From Tubiluchus corallicola (lineage: Eukaryota > Animalia > Priapulida): a DNA stretch of 64,000 nucleotides. Within the stretch, counting starts at the first letter, position 1. Each line of letters opens with the position of its first letter. The notes under the pieces were generated by a model. The model was not told the DNA's origin, did not search any database, and saw only the letters and a program-made list of their open reading frames with translations. The position numbers were made by a program, and so were the translations under genes. The DNA lies in the NCBI GenBank assembly GCA_030141605.1, contig JAQGDQ010000127.1, positions 434,001-498,000 of the forward strand. The letters are read 5' to 3'. Shown here piece after piece: positions 54,201 to 64,000 of this stretch.

Positions 54201-55889
54201 CTCCTCAGACTGCACATGGCGTAGTCTGCAATTAGTTTAATATGAATGAAAAGAGTCAAAGTGAAAAGCTAGGCACATTAAAAACACATTTATAGCACCG
54301 TTTTCACTAGTTACGAAAGATGAGTCGATGAAAACTAGAATAAGTAGTTAATATATTTAACAATCAATTTGATTACTACGGGAATTTGCACTCTTTTTTT
54401 AACACTCTCTTAGCACTCTGCTACACTTCTGCATTGGTTTGAAAGTAACTAGCAAAGCTAGAGTACTATTAGTTGCCTGGCTCCTACACTATATTCTAAA
54501 TAATTACAGCCTACTTTGTTAAATCGTGAAATGCACCAACAGTACGTGTTGCAGAGTTCTAATCAATTTTGAGTGTAATTAAAGCAGTTAATACAAGATA
54601 AAAATAAAACATGAATAATTCTCACATAATTCTTGCAACTGAGAAGACAGAAAAATGTATGTACTATAGTGCTAGCAAAATGCTATTGAGAAAAATTAGC
54701 ACATTGTCTACCCACCTTTACTTTGAGATGAAATGTGGCAGCATGTAGCAGAATTTTTGTGCGAGGAGCCTGGAGAGAAATGCTGCCGAAAGTCTTCACA
54801 TGGCATAGGTAAAGTTTCACAGGTATAGACACTGGACATGTTATGATCGTTACTGTTGCATTCAGCTACCGTATCAGTTACTTTACTTTTCATACTATCT
54901 GCAAACAACTCTGCCTTTCCTTTGCCTGTATAAACTTCTAATGCTGGTCGTTTTCGATCCAAAGTCAAATCGGTCCGTGAACAACACATACAGGCAATAG
55001 GCTCCTCGCCTCCCTTTAGGCACAAATTAGCTATACCGTCAGTAGCACCGCGATTCATACTACTACAAACTGGTGAGTTCAAATTACTAACTTTATTGCT
55101 TGAGCTAACACTATTGGACACTGATGGTCCTCCAGATTTTAAACACTGACTGGAAGTGTCCAAATCAGGCAAACGATCATGCCCTGCAAGTCCCAAGAGG
55201 TTTTGTGTTGGGTTTGTGCACTTGTTAAAGCTGTCACTGATTCTAGAAACGTTGTCCAGACGCATCTGTGGGAGCGTGCACAGATCAACTGCATGTTTTT
55301 TCTGCTTTCCAAAGTAATTGCTCAACGCTGCATCTCTTTCCTGTAGCGTTGAGATACAGTCCTCCTCCGACGGTGTGCGATACTGAAACCTGCCCTTGTC
55401 TTTGCCGCCGCGATTTCGACGATGATTCTGTTTTCGATTTCGTTTGGTTTCCTCTGCTTTAACACACCGGAACCTACCGTCTGGGCTTCCAATGGACAGA
55501 ATGCTCCGTCTGTGACTAGGACATGCATCGTGTGAGCAACACACAACGTTCCATGGCATTCGCTCTGTACCCTTCTCTACCAAAGCGAGACAGTTTCTCA
55601 ACTGAACTGAGAGGCTTTGGTCACCAGTACTCATGGCGGCCTCGGTCCAATGTTGACTAAACATGTGTTCGAACTGGGATTCCGTCACCACATGTTGTCT
55701 AATTACACCATCGCCCAGCCGGTACTTGAACACCAAGTCAGTGCTCTTCTGAGGAGAGAGCCTCACGTAATAACAAAAGTCACCCGGGCAGAGTTGAGAA
55801 GCGTCCGGCTCGCCGATTACTACCGTGATTCTGTCACAGATACACAGAGGCCAATTCGGGTCTGTACTGGATTGTACACATGCTCCTTC
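10544..55889 (-). CDS. PLEKHG4: Puratrophin-1-like RhoGEF (PLEKHG4/PLEKHG4B/ARHGEF40 family), 5'-incomplete; 20 exons, 4743 nt in frame to stop
   Basis: Exons (minus, 5'->3'): 55889-54716, 53743-53633, 52515-52401, 51802-51700, 46764-46672, 33576-33460, 25180-24927, 21859-21721, 20544-20419, 16689-16492, 16234-16130, 15831-15065, 14734-14494, 13508-13335, 12946-12857, 12677-12534, 11891-11637, 11489-11312, 11142-11014, 10773-10544. All GT-AG with matching phases. Motifs: WPLC...PGDF, GHRD, LGGSFFYDH..WI, EMVQTEQDYV, YLLKPVQRMGKYALLL, RHIFLFEDLVLFSK. Confidence 0.92.
11014..11142 (-). CDS. PLEKHG4: RhoGEF exon (post-PH)
   Basis: IRLHEMSSMGIGSRPMLDLKPS; conserved MGIG.KP..D motif of this family. 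Confidence 0.9.
11312..11489 (-). CDS. PLEKHG4: RhoGEF exon (PH C-terminal half)
   Basis: MTDIGLTETLGDSHTKFEVWFRKRK...YTLQA...WVRDISKLLWKQA. Confidence 0.95.
11637..11891 (-). CDS. PLEKHG4: RhoGEF exon (DH end and PH start)
   Basis: AAEEMVKFQLRHGNDLLAMDAI...EQGQLLRQ...RHIFLFEDLVLFSK. Confidence 0.95.
12106..12289. mobile_element. Hairpin/foldback MITE with about 70-bp inverted arms
   Basis: tagtaaatggtcacagtatctcctttgcag...ggtcagtgaatgccaggtt pairs with aacccggtattcactgacc...ctgcaaaggagatactgtgagcatttaccta. Confidence 0.8.
12534..12677 (-). CDS. PLEKHG4: RhoGEF exon (DH)
   Basis: KKQLELGDKMDLASYLLKPVQRMGKYALLLKQ. Confidence 0.95.
12857..12946 (-). CDS. PLEKHG4: RhoGEF exon (DH)
   Basis: ETQFYLYALYNKNKPKSDELLAEYGNTFFR. 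Confidence 0.95.
13335..13508 (-). CDS. PLEKHG4: RhoGEF exon (DH)
   Basis: NYFQEMEREDLPQELRGKRNVVFGNIEKIFEFHSQYF. Confidence 0.95.
14494..14734 (-). CDS. PLEKHG4: RhoGEF exon (DH start)
   Basis: LQLVMTEMVQTEQDYVSSLSYIIQ. Confidence 0.93.
14948..14981. repeat. (TA)n microsatellite
   Basis: Direct reading. Confidence 0.95.
15065..15831 (-). CDS. PLEKHG4: RhoGEF 767-nt exon (helical end and low-complexity linker)
   Basis: Within ORF 14935-15837; ttgcag acceptor, AG|gttagt donor in phase with the next exon. Confidence 0.9.
16130..16234 (-). CDS. PLEKHG4: RhoGEF exon (spectrin-like region)
   Basis: SYEWALHAMKFVSGMKME. Confidence 0.9.
16492..16689 (-). CDS. PLEKHG4: RhoGEF exon (spectrin-like region)
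   Basis: EQIAKGSDLIEES...FSSRLEEARENVENTSKCYKLLDK. Confidence 0.9.
17411..20145. mobile_element. 2.7-kb non-autonomous DNA transposon with TTAA target duplication (Kolobok-like, RR...YY termini)
   Basis: ttaa|GAACGAGTCCGCGAAAGCACCATGCA ... TGCATGGTCTTCTCCACGGATGCGTTC|ttaa; interior more GC-rich than the flanks; no transposase ORF recognised. Confidence 0.75.
20316..20348. repeat. (ATT)n microsatellite
   Basis: Direct reading. Confidence 0.9.
20419..20544 (-). CDS. PLEKHG4: RhoGEF exon (spectrin-like); absent from the ORF track
   Basis: ttttag|LLVWLKNQASIQLEKHHNAVVDNLRDARTREQEFEKFYFVAM|gtatgt. Confidence 0.88.
21721..21859 (-). CDS. PLEKHG4: RhoGEF exon (spectrin-like)
   Basis: DTVERVGMLYREVQKVMVKLSKAAESRIHKLEHCLLVQTFEEEANL. 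Confidence 0.9.
22733..23026. mobile_element. hAT-type MITE (degenerate)
   Basis: GC-rich gggccc...ggggccc left end and ggcggccctg right end, matching the common CAGGGCC...GGCCCTG hAT MITE termini; TSD not resolved. Confidence 0.5.
24927..25180 (-). CDS. PLEKHG4: RhoGEF exon (first spectrin-like repeat)
   Basis: KIEPFIEQCRSAANHL...LTGLQAEGDRIMNELQR...PDYR. Confidence 0.92.
26475..26567. repeat. 47-bp tandem duplication
   Basis: ttgttaa.tattacagtactgaacatgacaccaaaat.gtagggta x2. Confidence 0.9.
27195..27262. repeat. Compound (TA)n(GATA)n microsatellite
   Basis: Direct reading. Confidence 0.95.
28448..28543 (-). CDS. Candidate alternative first coding exon of the RhoGEF (short isoform)
   Basis: ATG...MREIETKEQLIIHGEKVEIDANKVSALDHALL|gtaatt; phase 0 matches the acceptor at 25180; in-frame TAA 15 nt upstream of the ATG. 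Confidence 0.5.
30725..30903. repeat. 91-bp near-perfect tandem duplication
   Basis: catcatcttaatatcgtcatcttaaatgtc(a/g)cataaaatttttcgc...ggagcagctgac x2. Confidence 0.92.
31317..32290. mobile_element. Foldback-type element with arms of ~15-bp AAAATGGCACAGG repeats and CCCTAA motifs, enclosing a Helentron/HINE-like insert
   Basis: Left arm 31317-31450 (ggtaaaaatggcacagg)n; right arm 32236-32290 is the inverted version; ~33-bp ccctaacccaaaacacatc... repeats at 32134-32230. Confidence 0.7.
31486..32089 (+). mobile_element. Helentron/HINE (DINE-1-like) non-autonomous element, copy 1
   Basis: Starts aactagaatgcgctc and ends with an acaa-type microsatellite followed by gcataacttccttgggagagg (small hairpin); homologous to 39604-39960. 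Family label is inferred from architecture. Confidence 0.6.
33460..33576 (-). CDS. PLEKHG4: RhoGEF exon (end of Sec14/CRAL-TRIO-like domain)
   Basis: IELLKSQEALIPYIDEEALPADLGGSFFYDHETWIDYRM|gtaagc. Confidence 0.93.
39374..39600. mobile_element. Second copy (one arm only) of the AAAATGGCACAGG foldback element
   Basis: (aaaatggcacagg)n at 39374-39545 followed by tttagggttaggattag; corresponds to the reverse complement of 32090-32290. Confidence 0.75.
39604..39960 (-). mobile_element. Helentron/HINE-like element, copy 2 (shorter interior)
   Basis: Reverse complement starts aactggaatgcgctcactatgaagtagatct...aagccgaacaatcttaaactta and ends aaacaaacaaactgtgttgaagcataacttc, matching copy 1 at both ends. 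Confidence 0.65.
46672..46764 (-). CDS. PLEKHG4: RhoGEF exon (Sec14-like)
   Basis: tttcag|ANLSAEIYQLLVLEKEQHTNIHASLQEHGFK|gtaata, phase 0-0. Confidence 0.82.
47844..48532. mobile_element. TTAA-flanked non-autonomous DNA element (Kolobok-like MITE)
   Basis: ttaa|AGGATAAGAAAAGGGGAACCT ... AGTTCAGGGTTTTCTTGTGCT|ttaa; internal inverted pair tttaaatttcccgcga / tcgcgggagtttaaa. Confidence 0.6.
51700..51802 (-). CDS. PLEKHG4: RhoGEF exon (Sec14-like)
   Basis: REDLVSKGFTIILDGREGISDSTAQLLAVALCLLQ (GFT.I.D.R motif). Confidence 0.92.
52401..52515 (-). CDS. PLEKHG4: RhoGEF exon (Sec14-like start)
   Basis: GHRDKSNHPVIVID...DFARLLLYFTTVPR. Confidence 0.92.
52850..53475. mobile_element. Possible degenerate MITE with scattered ccgaatc/gattcgg motifs
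   Basis: ccgaatc and atccgacccgattcc on the left; gattcggg, agtcggattt and gattcg on the right; termini not resolved. Confidence 0.3.
53633..53743 (-). CDS. PLEKHG4: RhoGEF exon preceding the Sec14-like domain
   Basis: VAEKNSQSCGSKLIQFPTEIRQCNLEILRAGAAKITG, phase 1-1. Confidence 0.88.
54716..55889 (-). CDS. PLEKHG4: RhoGEF 1174-nt exon (conserved N-terminal motif plus long low-complexity region)
   Basis: ttaacag|EGACVQSSTDPNWPLCICDRITVVIGEPDASQLCPGDFCYYVRL..., resembling the WPLCL...PGDFYL motif of the ARHGEF40/PLEKHG4B N-terminus; continues as ORF 54708-55766. Confidence 0.88.
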
Positions 55890-57039
55890 CTGTTAAATTA
55901 AAATAAATTGATGAGAATGTACTGTACAGTCTATTATGATTACAAGCAGTTGACTTTTGTGTGTGGCTTGTGTACATTTAATTAAATGCAAGTGTGCCCA
56001 ATATATATCACAAAACAAGAATCGTCAGTTTATCTCAACTACCTACACAAGTTTTACATGGCTGACCGCGGCATTTTTTAGCAATTATGTATGCTCTAAT
56101 AGTATTTCCGTTATGACTCATAATTAGCAAAACCCACACACAGAATCGTTGAGTTCCAAATCAAGTTGAGGCTAAAGCTGTTGAGCTCACTGATGTGTAA
56201 AAGTTCTCGACAACTGTCGCTAAATTACTAAACTATATTGACAGATAACTTTAGAATACCAGTAATCTGTCAAACAAAGAAATGAATAAACATTTGCGCC
56301 GCACAAATAGTTTTTGGAAAACAGAAGTAAAACATTTATAGAATAATTCCAAAATAATACCGAAAATTGCAAATTCATGCCTTCAAGCTAAACGTAGGTT
56401 TTGAAAGAGAATGATATCACTGATACTATGCAACAGAACTTCCTTCTTATAACAGCCGCCCCGTCACTGTTGATATACGTTTTGTGTATTTCTGCGAGCC
56501 TGTTGTACAGACACTGTAAGTTTGACATTATCGCCAACCGCTACTGTCATGCTCCGTAAAAACGTAATAAAAAAGGTAAACACCTATACTCATCAAGCAC
56601 ATAATAAACCTGTCGTAAAATGATATTGTTCAGACAAAGCGTTGGATTTTCATTAATTCTGTTTGCAAACTAAAATTACTAAGCGTTTTATGCAGCAGGT
56701 ATTTATTTTGCATAGATCCACAATGGTTGCAGGTATAAACGTGTGCTCATTAATTAAATACAATCCTTCGCGGGGGATACTAGATACACAGTCATAACCT
56801 CTGACTTTTGGGGACAGTTAAACCAAGTTTGAGCAAAACCCCACAACTTCGAAAAATACGAACTACCGAAAAATACAGGTTTCTTCGCGGGTTTCCTGTT
56901 TCATGCTGACATTGAACGTATATTGCACGCAAAGTATGCCGTAGAACATGAAAGGGTTTCACGTTAAATCTTTATCATGCGGTATGTATGACGTAGTTTA
57001 TTGACGAACAACACAATACAATATACAGTAGAATGTACG

Positions 57040-58575
57040 TAAAAATCACACAAAACAGCCCAACACTTGGGTATAATCAAGATAAAGAAACAGTAAAAGA
57101 AACAAGTAGAGGTTAAGCAGTAAATAGTATTTACACAATAAGATTTGCCTCAAAGCGCTATTGCTTTCCAAAACAGTGTGTAATACAATTCGAAGTTAAA
57201 TTCGCACTTTCACTTTCATTTCCAATCATCAAAAATATAAATTTTTCATTACCGTAAGATTCATAAAGTTTGGGAAAATTTCATTGACACGAGAGAACAG
57301 GATATGTCTTAAATCATTATAATAGTTACATTTAAGAATTAAATGCTTTTCGTCATCATTTTTTTTATCTTTACAAAAATGGCAACAAAAAAGTCTGTTG
57401 TTAAGGAGGATTTTAGGTTTGGTGTACCGGTCCTTTCCAATAAGGAGGTTGTGTGAGCTAATATGCAACTCTATAAAGTTTGTTTTTTAACGGGATTTTT
57501 TATTAGCAAATAAGTATTTTTTTCCTACGAACTCGTTTTTAACTTGGAATATGTTCGTAACTTGTTCTTTTCGTTAATATTTTTACCAGGTTCTTCGGTG
57601 ACATTCTCCTTCCAGTAACTAGCTATTTTGATTTTAGTAAATTAATGAATTGTCTGGGCCTAATGGACTCTATACTTTGAGCCTCCCAAATATGCGAGAA
57701 TCCTGTATGATTTAAAATATCTCTGAAAAATTTTAACTAACAGTCGATGTTATATTCCAGAAGCTGGCCATTTTGCAAGTATCCTTAATACACTAATGAA
57801 TTTGGCGGACAATTCAGTATTCTCAACCAGTATTCGATTGCGGTTATTATCATATCAATGTAAAATGGGAAGCGCCACAGTTCTCCACGAACTGCGCGAT
57901 TAACAGAGTACTTCCCAACACGGAGAACGAAGTTGCATACCTTAATATTTATTAGTTCGGCGGGAAAGTCGCCATATACATTTTCGATACATACCGCATT
58001 GTTATTTATGACTTTTCGTTTGTTAAAAGAGAATGGCGCCCAGGATCTAGCTGAGTACGAAGCTATTGGTTTTATCAAGCTGTCATACAGTCTTATTAGT
58101 ACTTTTATATTTTATATTAATACCCCAAAATTTTTGTCTGAATTTAAAAAAGCTCTTCATTGCTTATTATACAAGTCCTAATTTGCCTTTTTGAACGAAC
58201 CGCTGGCACTGAAATTGATACCCAGGTAAGTATAGTTCTGCGCTGTTCTACCTTACCTGAACCTAATTTAAACGCATATTTAAGCCTAATTATTTTATGA
58301 CCTTCTTTATTATATTAAATACACTACTTTTGGCTTTTCAGTATTTAAATTACGTAGCCATTTGTCACAGTAAAGATTAAGTTGATCAATGCAATTTTGC
58401 AAGCCTATCTGAGCTGTAGAAAGTATCACTATATCGTCTGCATACATCAGTAGATGAAGATTAGTATGAAAGGGTCACATGATTGATCAAAAATGTCGAC
58501 AATGTCGTTGAGAAATAAATGAAATAACAGTGGACTCAAGATACATCCTTGTTTGACGACATCAACAAGAAATGG
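57040..58575 (-). mobile_element. 5'-truncated, decayed non-LTR retrotransposon (RTE-X-like): RT C-terminal half and CCHC finger
   Basis: Minus-strand fragments VKQGCILSPLLFHLFLND, LLMYADDIVILS, YTYLGINF, AVRGELWRFP, KLRTYSKLK, ISSHNLLIGKDRY...CHFC...DEKHLILKC; many frameshifts; 3' end approximate. Confidence 0.88.
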
Positions 58576-60999
58576 GGCGGAATAATTTCCAGGAGAGATT
58601 TTTAATTAAGCGTCAATGGACTGTTTTTAACGACATTATAAAATTTCATTCCAAAATCGTATGTCAGCAATTGTACCGTATATTAATGTTAATCAACTAC
58701 TTCGCTAATCACATGACATTGTTTTTGTTCAACAAGGACAAAACTCACACACTTATCACTTTCATACTGCTGCCATATTTTCCGATCACGCTACTCACCC
58801 TTTTCCTGTTTGCAAATGAAAAACAAATATCTCCACAATGTTCTAATGAGTGCATACGTGACTACTAACGGTAGGCCTAGTATCAGCTAAGATCAATATC
58901 CCAAACACGTGCAATGCCAAAAATAACAAACATACGCGACAGGAAAGTCTTGACAACAAAAATGACTTCATTATCCAACTCCACCAGTTATTAAATTTAA
59001 CTAGAAACATATTTCCAAATCACTTTGAATATTCGTTTTTCTGCTTACACAATTGCCCTGTTCATTTCATGAATGGAATCAAAAAGTGGTTGCAAGACAA
59101 GCGCAGATGTTTCAAGTTGTTTTTGCATGTTCAGCTGTCAGAAAATTTTGATGAATGAACTCAAAACAGCTTGTTCAGGGACTAAAACTCTTCATAAGCC
59201 AAGTTTTTATGGTCCCAAAATAACTAGCTACGGGATTAATAATCATTTTGGGCGTAATAAATCAGAAACTCATTATAAAACTGTTGCACCAGACTGAAAG
59301 AAGTTCGTTTAATTTTGCGCCATAACTTGCGACGATTACCATTGGTTAACAATTGGTTTACTTGTTTGCAAAAACAGATAGTCGCACTGAAAGATACAGA
59401 AACAGTATTAACCGTAATACTTCAGCTAATACATTATTTTAAAGATTTAAAACCTCATTCCAAGTATTTAAAGCGACGTTATACTTGTTATGCAATCCGT
59501 TTTCTTGCATGCCAAAATTACATTCTCCTCATTTTTGTACGCTTCTACATCGCAGCTACACAAGCTTGAGTTTCTAATAATCGGTGGTCTGTAAGTAAAT
59601 TAGCGTGTTTTAAGATACGATTTAAAACTTGTAAGATTTTTAGACCAAAAACTCGGACCGTTTACCAAATTTTCAAGCAAAAGTAAGAGGCTCCTCAGGC
59701 TCTAAGCCAAGTAACCTTTTATCTAAAAACTATCTGCGTTTTTGAAAAAAATTCAAACAAAGCATTCCAGCTTCATTAAGAACTAATTCAGTAGGTGCTT
59801 ATACCTAGCAAAACTTTTACCACGTAACACCAATACCAATAAAGCTTAGTAGCTTACTGGTGAAATTTAACCTAAACATAAATATTTAATTATTTATTAT
59901 ATAATTATACATAGTAAAATTTTACATAATTATACTGAGAAAACGATGTCTTTTGAACAGGTATTTTGCTTAGAATATTTAGGTCAACAAGAAAATAGAC
60001 GGATTTTGTGGAGAAATGAACAAACACGTAACCATAGTTAAATCGCACTTTAAAAGCTTTTAATATCGCTTAGAAAATAATAGCTAAGTAATATTATCAG
60101 TTAATAAAAGTTCAAGCATTATCCATATATCTCCTAAAATAAGACGTAAAGTAGACGGCTATATAAAATTCTAACGATCATAAGCTTAAGTAAAACACAG
60201 CCAGTTACTAATGAAGGATTTGTTAGCACTCAATACAATCGTGTGAAAGTGAAGATGGATTCATGCTGCAGATGTCAGTTGAAGCCCTGATTACATAACA
60301 AGCACACCAGTCATCAGGGAGAGACAGCTCTGTAGGAGCATCTTTGAACGTTGTACAAACCCACATCGTCATAAATGCCACGTTGGCATTTTTACTTCTT
60401 TCACATCTGGTTTTGTCTGCAACGGCTGCAAGAAATCTTATACAACAGCAAGTTTCTTTACATAAACAAATGAGTCATCAGGGACTTGCAATTTTATGTA
60501 CTACTCCTGCGATCAAATAACCTATACAGTAAAGCTGCAAAACTGAGTCACGTGCTTTACACTTTTGTGAAGCTCAAACAGTTAATGAGAGGGATTCAAT
60601 TAGCAATTACCGACTTGAAATTTTTGCTTGAATAATTCAAAACCATAGATTTGAAAATTTAATGAAAACAGGTAGGCATTTAACAAAACGAAGCACTTAG
60701 AAGTGATCTCCACTGAGCGGTTTGCAGTTTAACAGAAATGCGAAACGATAAACAATCACATACTGTGACTATACTAAACATCCAAGAAACTTTATGTATG
60801 ATGAACAATTCTATCAATATGTATTTTCAGCAATGTTTAAATTTCACCATACAGTACAGCAAACAAATTTAAAGCAAGTAACTGTGAGTGAATCTGTTGC
60901 CCAGAACAATTCATATGCGAATTTACACATGACACTCAGATGACACGGTTTTAGTCACATAGGGTAAGACATAGAGAGAAAGAGAGAAAGCAAATGGGT

Positions 61000-61025
61000 G
61001 AAAAGGAGAGGGAAGGGGAGAGGGA

Positions 61026-61084
<59 letters not shown>

Positions 61085-61105
61085 AGAGAGAGAGAGAGAG
61101 AGAGA
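61000..61105. repeat. Polypurine (GA)n tract
   Basis: Direct reading; source of the spurious SLSLSL ORFs. Confidence 0.95.
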
Positions 61106-61449
61106 TGAGAGATTTCTGATGAGCATGAAAATTCTACCAAAATAATGTCAAAATAGTAATGTGACGTTACAGCTGCTTTTCGTTATTGCAGTCTTTTCAT
61201 GTATGAATCATTGAGAAACAAAAACAAAGTTGTGCGCAATGTCGGAATTCCCTGTTTAAAAACAAATACTGTTGCCTAAACCAACTAGACAGTTCTGCTT
61301 CACAAGAAGGGCATTTTAGCCAAAGGTTTAGATTTCAGGCAGTTTATTTTGATTAAGCAGTGAGAGTAACCCTCCGCCCAACGCATCTTGGATGTGAAGC
61401 TCAAAATTCACAAGAGCGAGGCGACAACACCGAATCCAGCTCACAACTC

Positions 61450-61512
61450 GGCTAAGGTCAAAGGACACGGAGCTCTTTATAGCTGGCGAGCTCCTGCCAA
61501 GCGAGCACCAAT
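61450..61512 (-). promoter_or_regulatory. Candidate TATA-box core promoter on the minus strand
   Basis: Minus strand reads ATTGG...gcTATAAAGagc (61481-61475) within a locally GC/CpG-rich patch; motif-only evidence. Confidence 0.25.
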
Positions 61513-63679
61513 AATTCTCATCTATGAAAACGCAAAAAAGAGTACTGCATTTCCCCCCTTTCTCTTCCCTTTTTAACCACAATATTGGCAATATATATTG
61601 TGGTTTCACTATGAGATACGTCAGTATTTCAATATCTAATGCAATACTTCTCAAATAAATTATATAAGATTGCTGTATCGTACACCCGAAATATAAAATA
61701 TAGCAAGGTAATAAGCATTAAATGCCTTCGGCAGTAGTTCAACAAAATCTAAATTACAGATGAATGCAAACGGCAGTGTTATGGACCTAAAAACTAGTTT
61801 GAACATTACATACTCGCATTTTATTTCAGGGTTTGCTCGTCATATGAAATACGCCTTAAAATTTACGGCGCATTGTGCAGCAAATCCTACCATAATAGAT
61901 GTTCAATGCATACAGTGTACTGTGTAAACCTTTACATTAGATTCGTCTCACGCTGTTTTGATGTTAAATTTATCATCTTTAACTGTTGCTAAAGGGCAGA
62001 AGAGATATAAAAGTGTAAACGCGAGGCTAAAAATGTTCATACTGTTTATGCACTGTAACCTTATTTCTTGCATTTAAACAATTTGTAAATGTAGAAGCGT
62101 AAATGCAGAAGGTACAGGACAGATATACTTACGAAAAATGAATGTTCTTACTCATTTAACAATTAATATTACACATTATTGATAATTTACATGTATGTTA
62201 CATACATGCACATATAAGTAATGTTAAATCAGAAGGCATGCACAGGACCTCCAAACTAGACGTCAAGCATTCAAAACAATTATACTACTGTTACCAAGTA
62301 GTAGGTACTAACCGAAAACAAATAAATGATACAGAAATGGTGCATTTCGTTTGTGTGCAGGATGCGGAATGATTAGGTTTCAACGTGCGGTAGTAGCCAG
62401 GACGTGCAACAATGTACTAATATTCGTTTGCAAGATTTTTATGCTGTCTAATTCTTTCACTATGGCTTCACGAAACTGTGTATTAGCTCAGACTCCTGTT
62501 ACTAATCAAATGTAAAAAAACGTGTTAAATTCAGCTCAAATTAGAAAAGCAACCAATTGCAAACCAGGCAAAAGAAAACTAGACAGTAACCGAAAACTGG
62601 GTAAATTAAACCCTCAACAGTGGCATTCAGATCTCTATGCACTAGCAAAAAATGTAAATATTGACAGTTTTGTCAGAAAATCGTGATATAGTATTGAGTC
62701 CTGTTAAATGATATAATTTCTATAATTCTGACGCAGCAAAATTGTTGAATAAAAAGCACAAATGCACGAATAAAGTTTGTAATAAAGTCAACCTACTAAA
62801 ATGCAGATTAGAGACAAACGGAAATGTCATTTTGCAAGTTAATTTACAACAAGCAACATCTTTGAATTAGGACATTTAGGAAAAGGCTGAACACACCGTA
62901 TTGAAAATAAAGCTTTAGTTAAATAAATAACAATAAATGTATATTGACTCACAAAGAATTTGCTTTTATAGCCTATATGTAAATTCACATCTATCAATAA
63001 GGTGTATGCGGGTATCCTAATAAATTGGATCACGCGAAGCGAAGAAATTCAATTGACGGCGACAAAAGGTTTAGTACCTTTGCCGCTGACTATAAAAGGG
63101 TTACGATTCCCAGGCTGGAACGGAGCTTTCATAAAAATGTTGCAAAAACACAGCTACAAAATGTAGGACAAAGTGCGAAACGCTGAGCAGCAAGAGTTAA
63201 TTGGCTGTTTTCCCTGGTAGCCCAGGACCACCAGACTTATTAAACAAGTGTAACATTCGTTCATGCTAGCGTAATCATATTCACGCACAATAAGCTGTGT
63301 AGACAATAGATAATCCAATAATATAAATGTATTTTGTTATAACAGCGAATGTGTACAGTATGCATTAACTCACTGTCGATTCTGAACACCACAAGTTTGC
63401 ATATTTTACAGTACCGTACAATGCAGACTAGCCGTACAAATAGTCAACGATGAGTTATAATCACCAAAAAAATAAAGAAAGAAAGAATTTTAACGAAAAA
63501 TTCAATCTAATATTACAATGATTATTTTCTTTTTTAGCCGGAATATGTATTTTTCATCTGTGGATAAATTATTACATACACTACAATAGCAGTGAGTGCA
63601 TTTTATTTAAACTTTAATTATTTTTACACTTAAGTATGATGTGAAAAATCATTAGTTTTGTCTTCTAAGTATGTAAAGC

Positions 63680-63848
63680 TACATTTCAGACATACACGTC
63701 GATTTAAAACGAATTTCTTTTTATATATATCTATATATCTAATACATATATATCTATATATATATATATCTAAGATATATATAGATATATAGATATATAT
63801 ATATAGAAAGAAATTCGTTTTAAAATCAACGTGTATGTCTGAAATGTA
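63680..63848. repeat. Palindrome: ~40-bp inverted arms around an AT/GATA-rich microsatellite core
   Basis: tacatttcagacatacacgtcgatttaaaacgaatttcttt ... aaagaaattcgttttaaaatcaacgtgtatgtctgaaatgta. Confidence 0.9.
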
Positions 63849-64000
63849 AGATATATACATTCTTATATCACGCGTAGTAAGATAAGATCATAAATAAATG
63901 TTTTCCACTTAAAAATCTTTTACTGCTATAAGTTCACTGAGGAAAAACGCATTCTACTCTACATTATAATATACAATGCTATCATGTTCACTTCGGACGC

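Noticed and set aside
60923-61140. SLSLSL-rich ORFs
   Set aside because: Translation of the (GA)n microsatellite.
1719-62952. About ten TGA(G/C)TCA AP-1-like sites
   Set aside because: Close to my rough chance expectation for this base composition over 64 kb.
63055-63125. tRNA/SINE-like head (ggttacgattccc resembles a B box)
   Set aside because: No cloverleaf and no clear A box; a single weak motif.

Overview
AT-rich (roughly one-third GC by eye) eukaryotic genomic DNA from an invertebrate metazoan; the taxon cannot be fixed from sequence alone. The ORF track is mostly noise because the genes are spliced. Three genes were rebuilt by hand from GT-AG exons with consistent phases. (1) A dynein light chain roadblock gene (+, exons 1396-2602; the ATG-only first exon is probably upstream of the window). 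(2) A complete 8-coding-exon OVCA2/FSH1-family serine hydrolase (+, 4195-7903, 232 aa, with a 23-nt microexon). (3) A 5'-incomplete PLEKHG4/PLEKHG4B/ARHGEF40 (puratrophin-1-like) RhoGEF (-, 20 exons, 55889-10544, 1580 aa in window; N-terminal conserved motif, Sec14-like, spectrin-like, DH-PH). Introns carry decayed LINEs (CR1/L2-like, RTE-X-like), Tc1/pogo-type, hAT-type, Harbinger and TTAA-flanked (Kolobok-like) non-autonomous DNA elements, a twice-present foldback + Helentron-like composite, palindromes and microsatellites. No prokaryotic-type system (CRISPR etc.) is present and I cannot demonstrate a wholly new system. The best leads are a candidate internal first exon giving a Sec14-less GEF isoform, possible transcriptional coupling of DYNLRB and OVCA2, and the inverted composite elements flanking a symmetric exon.
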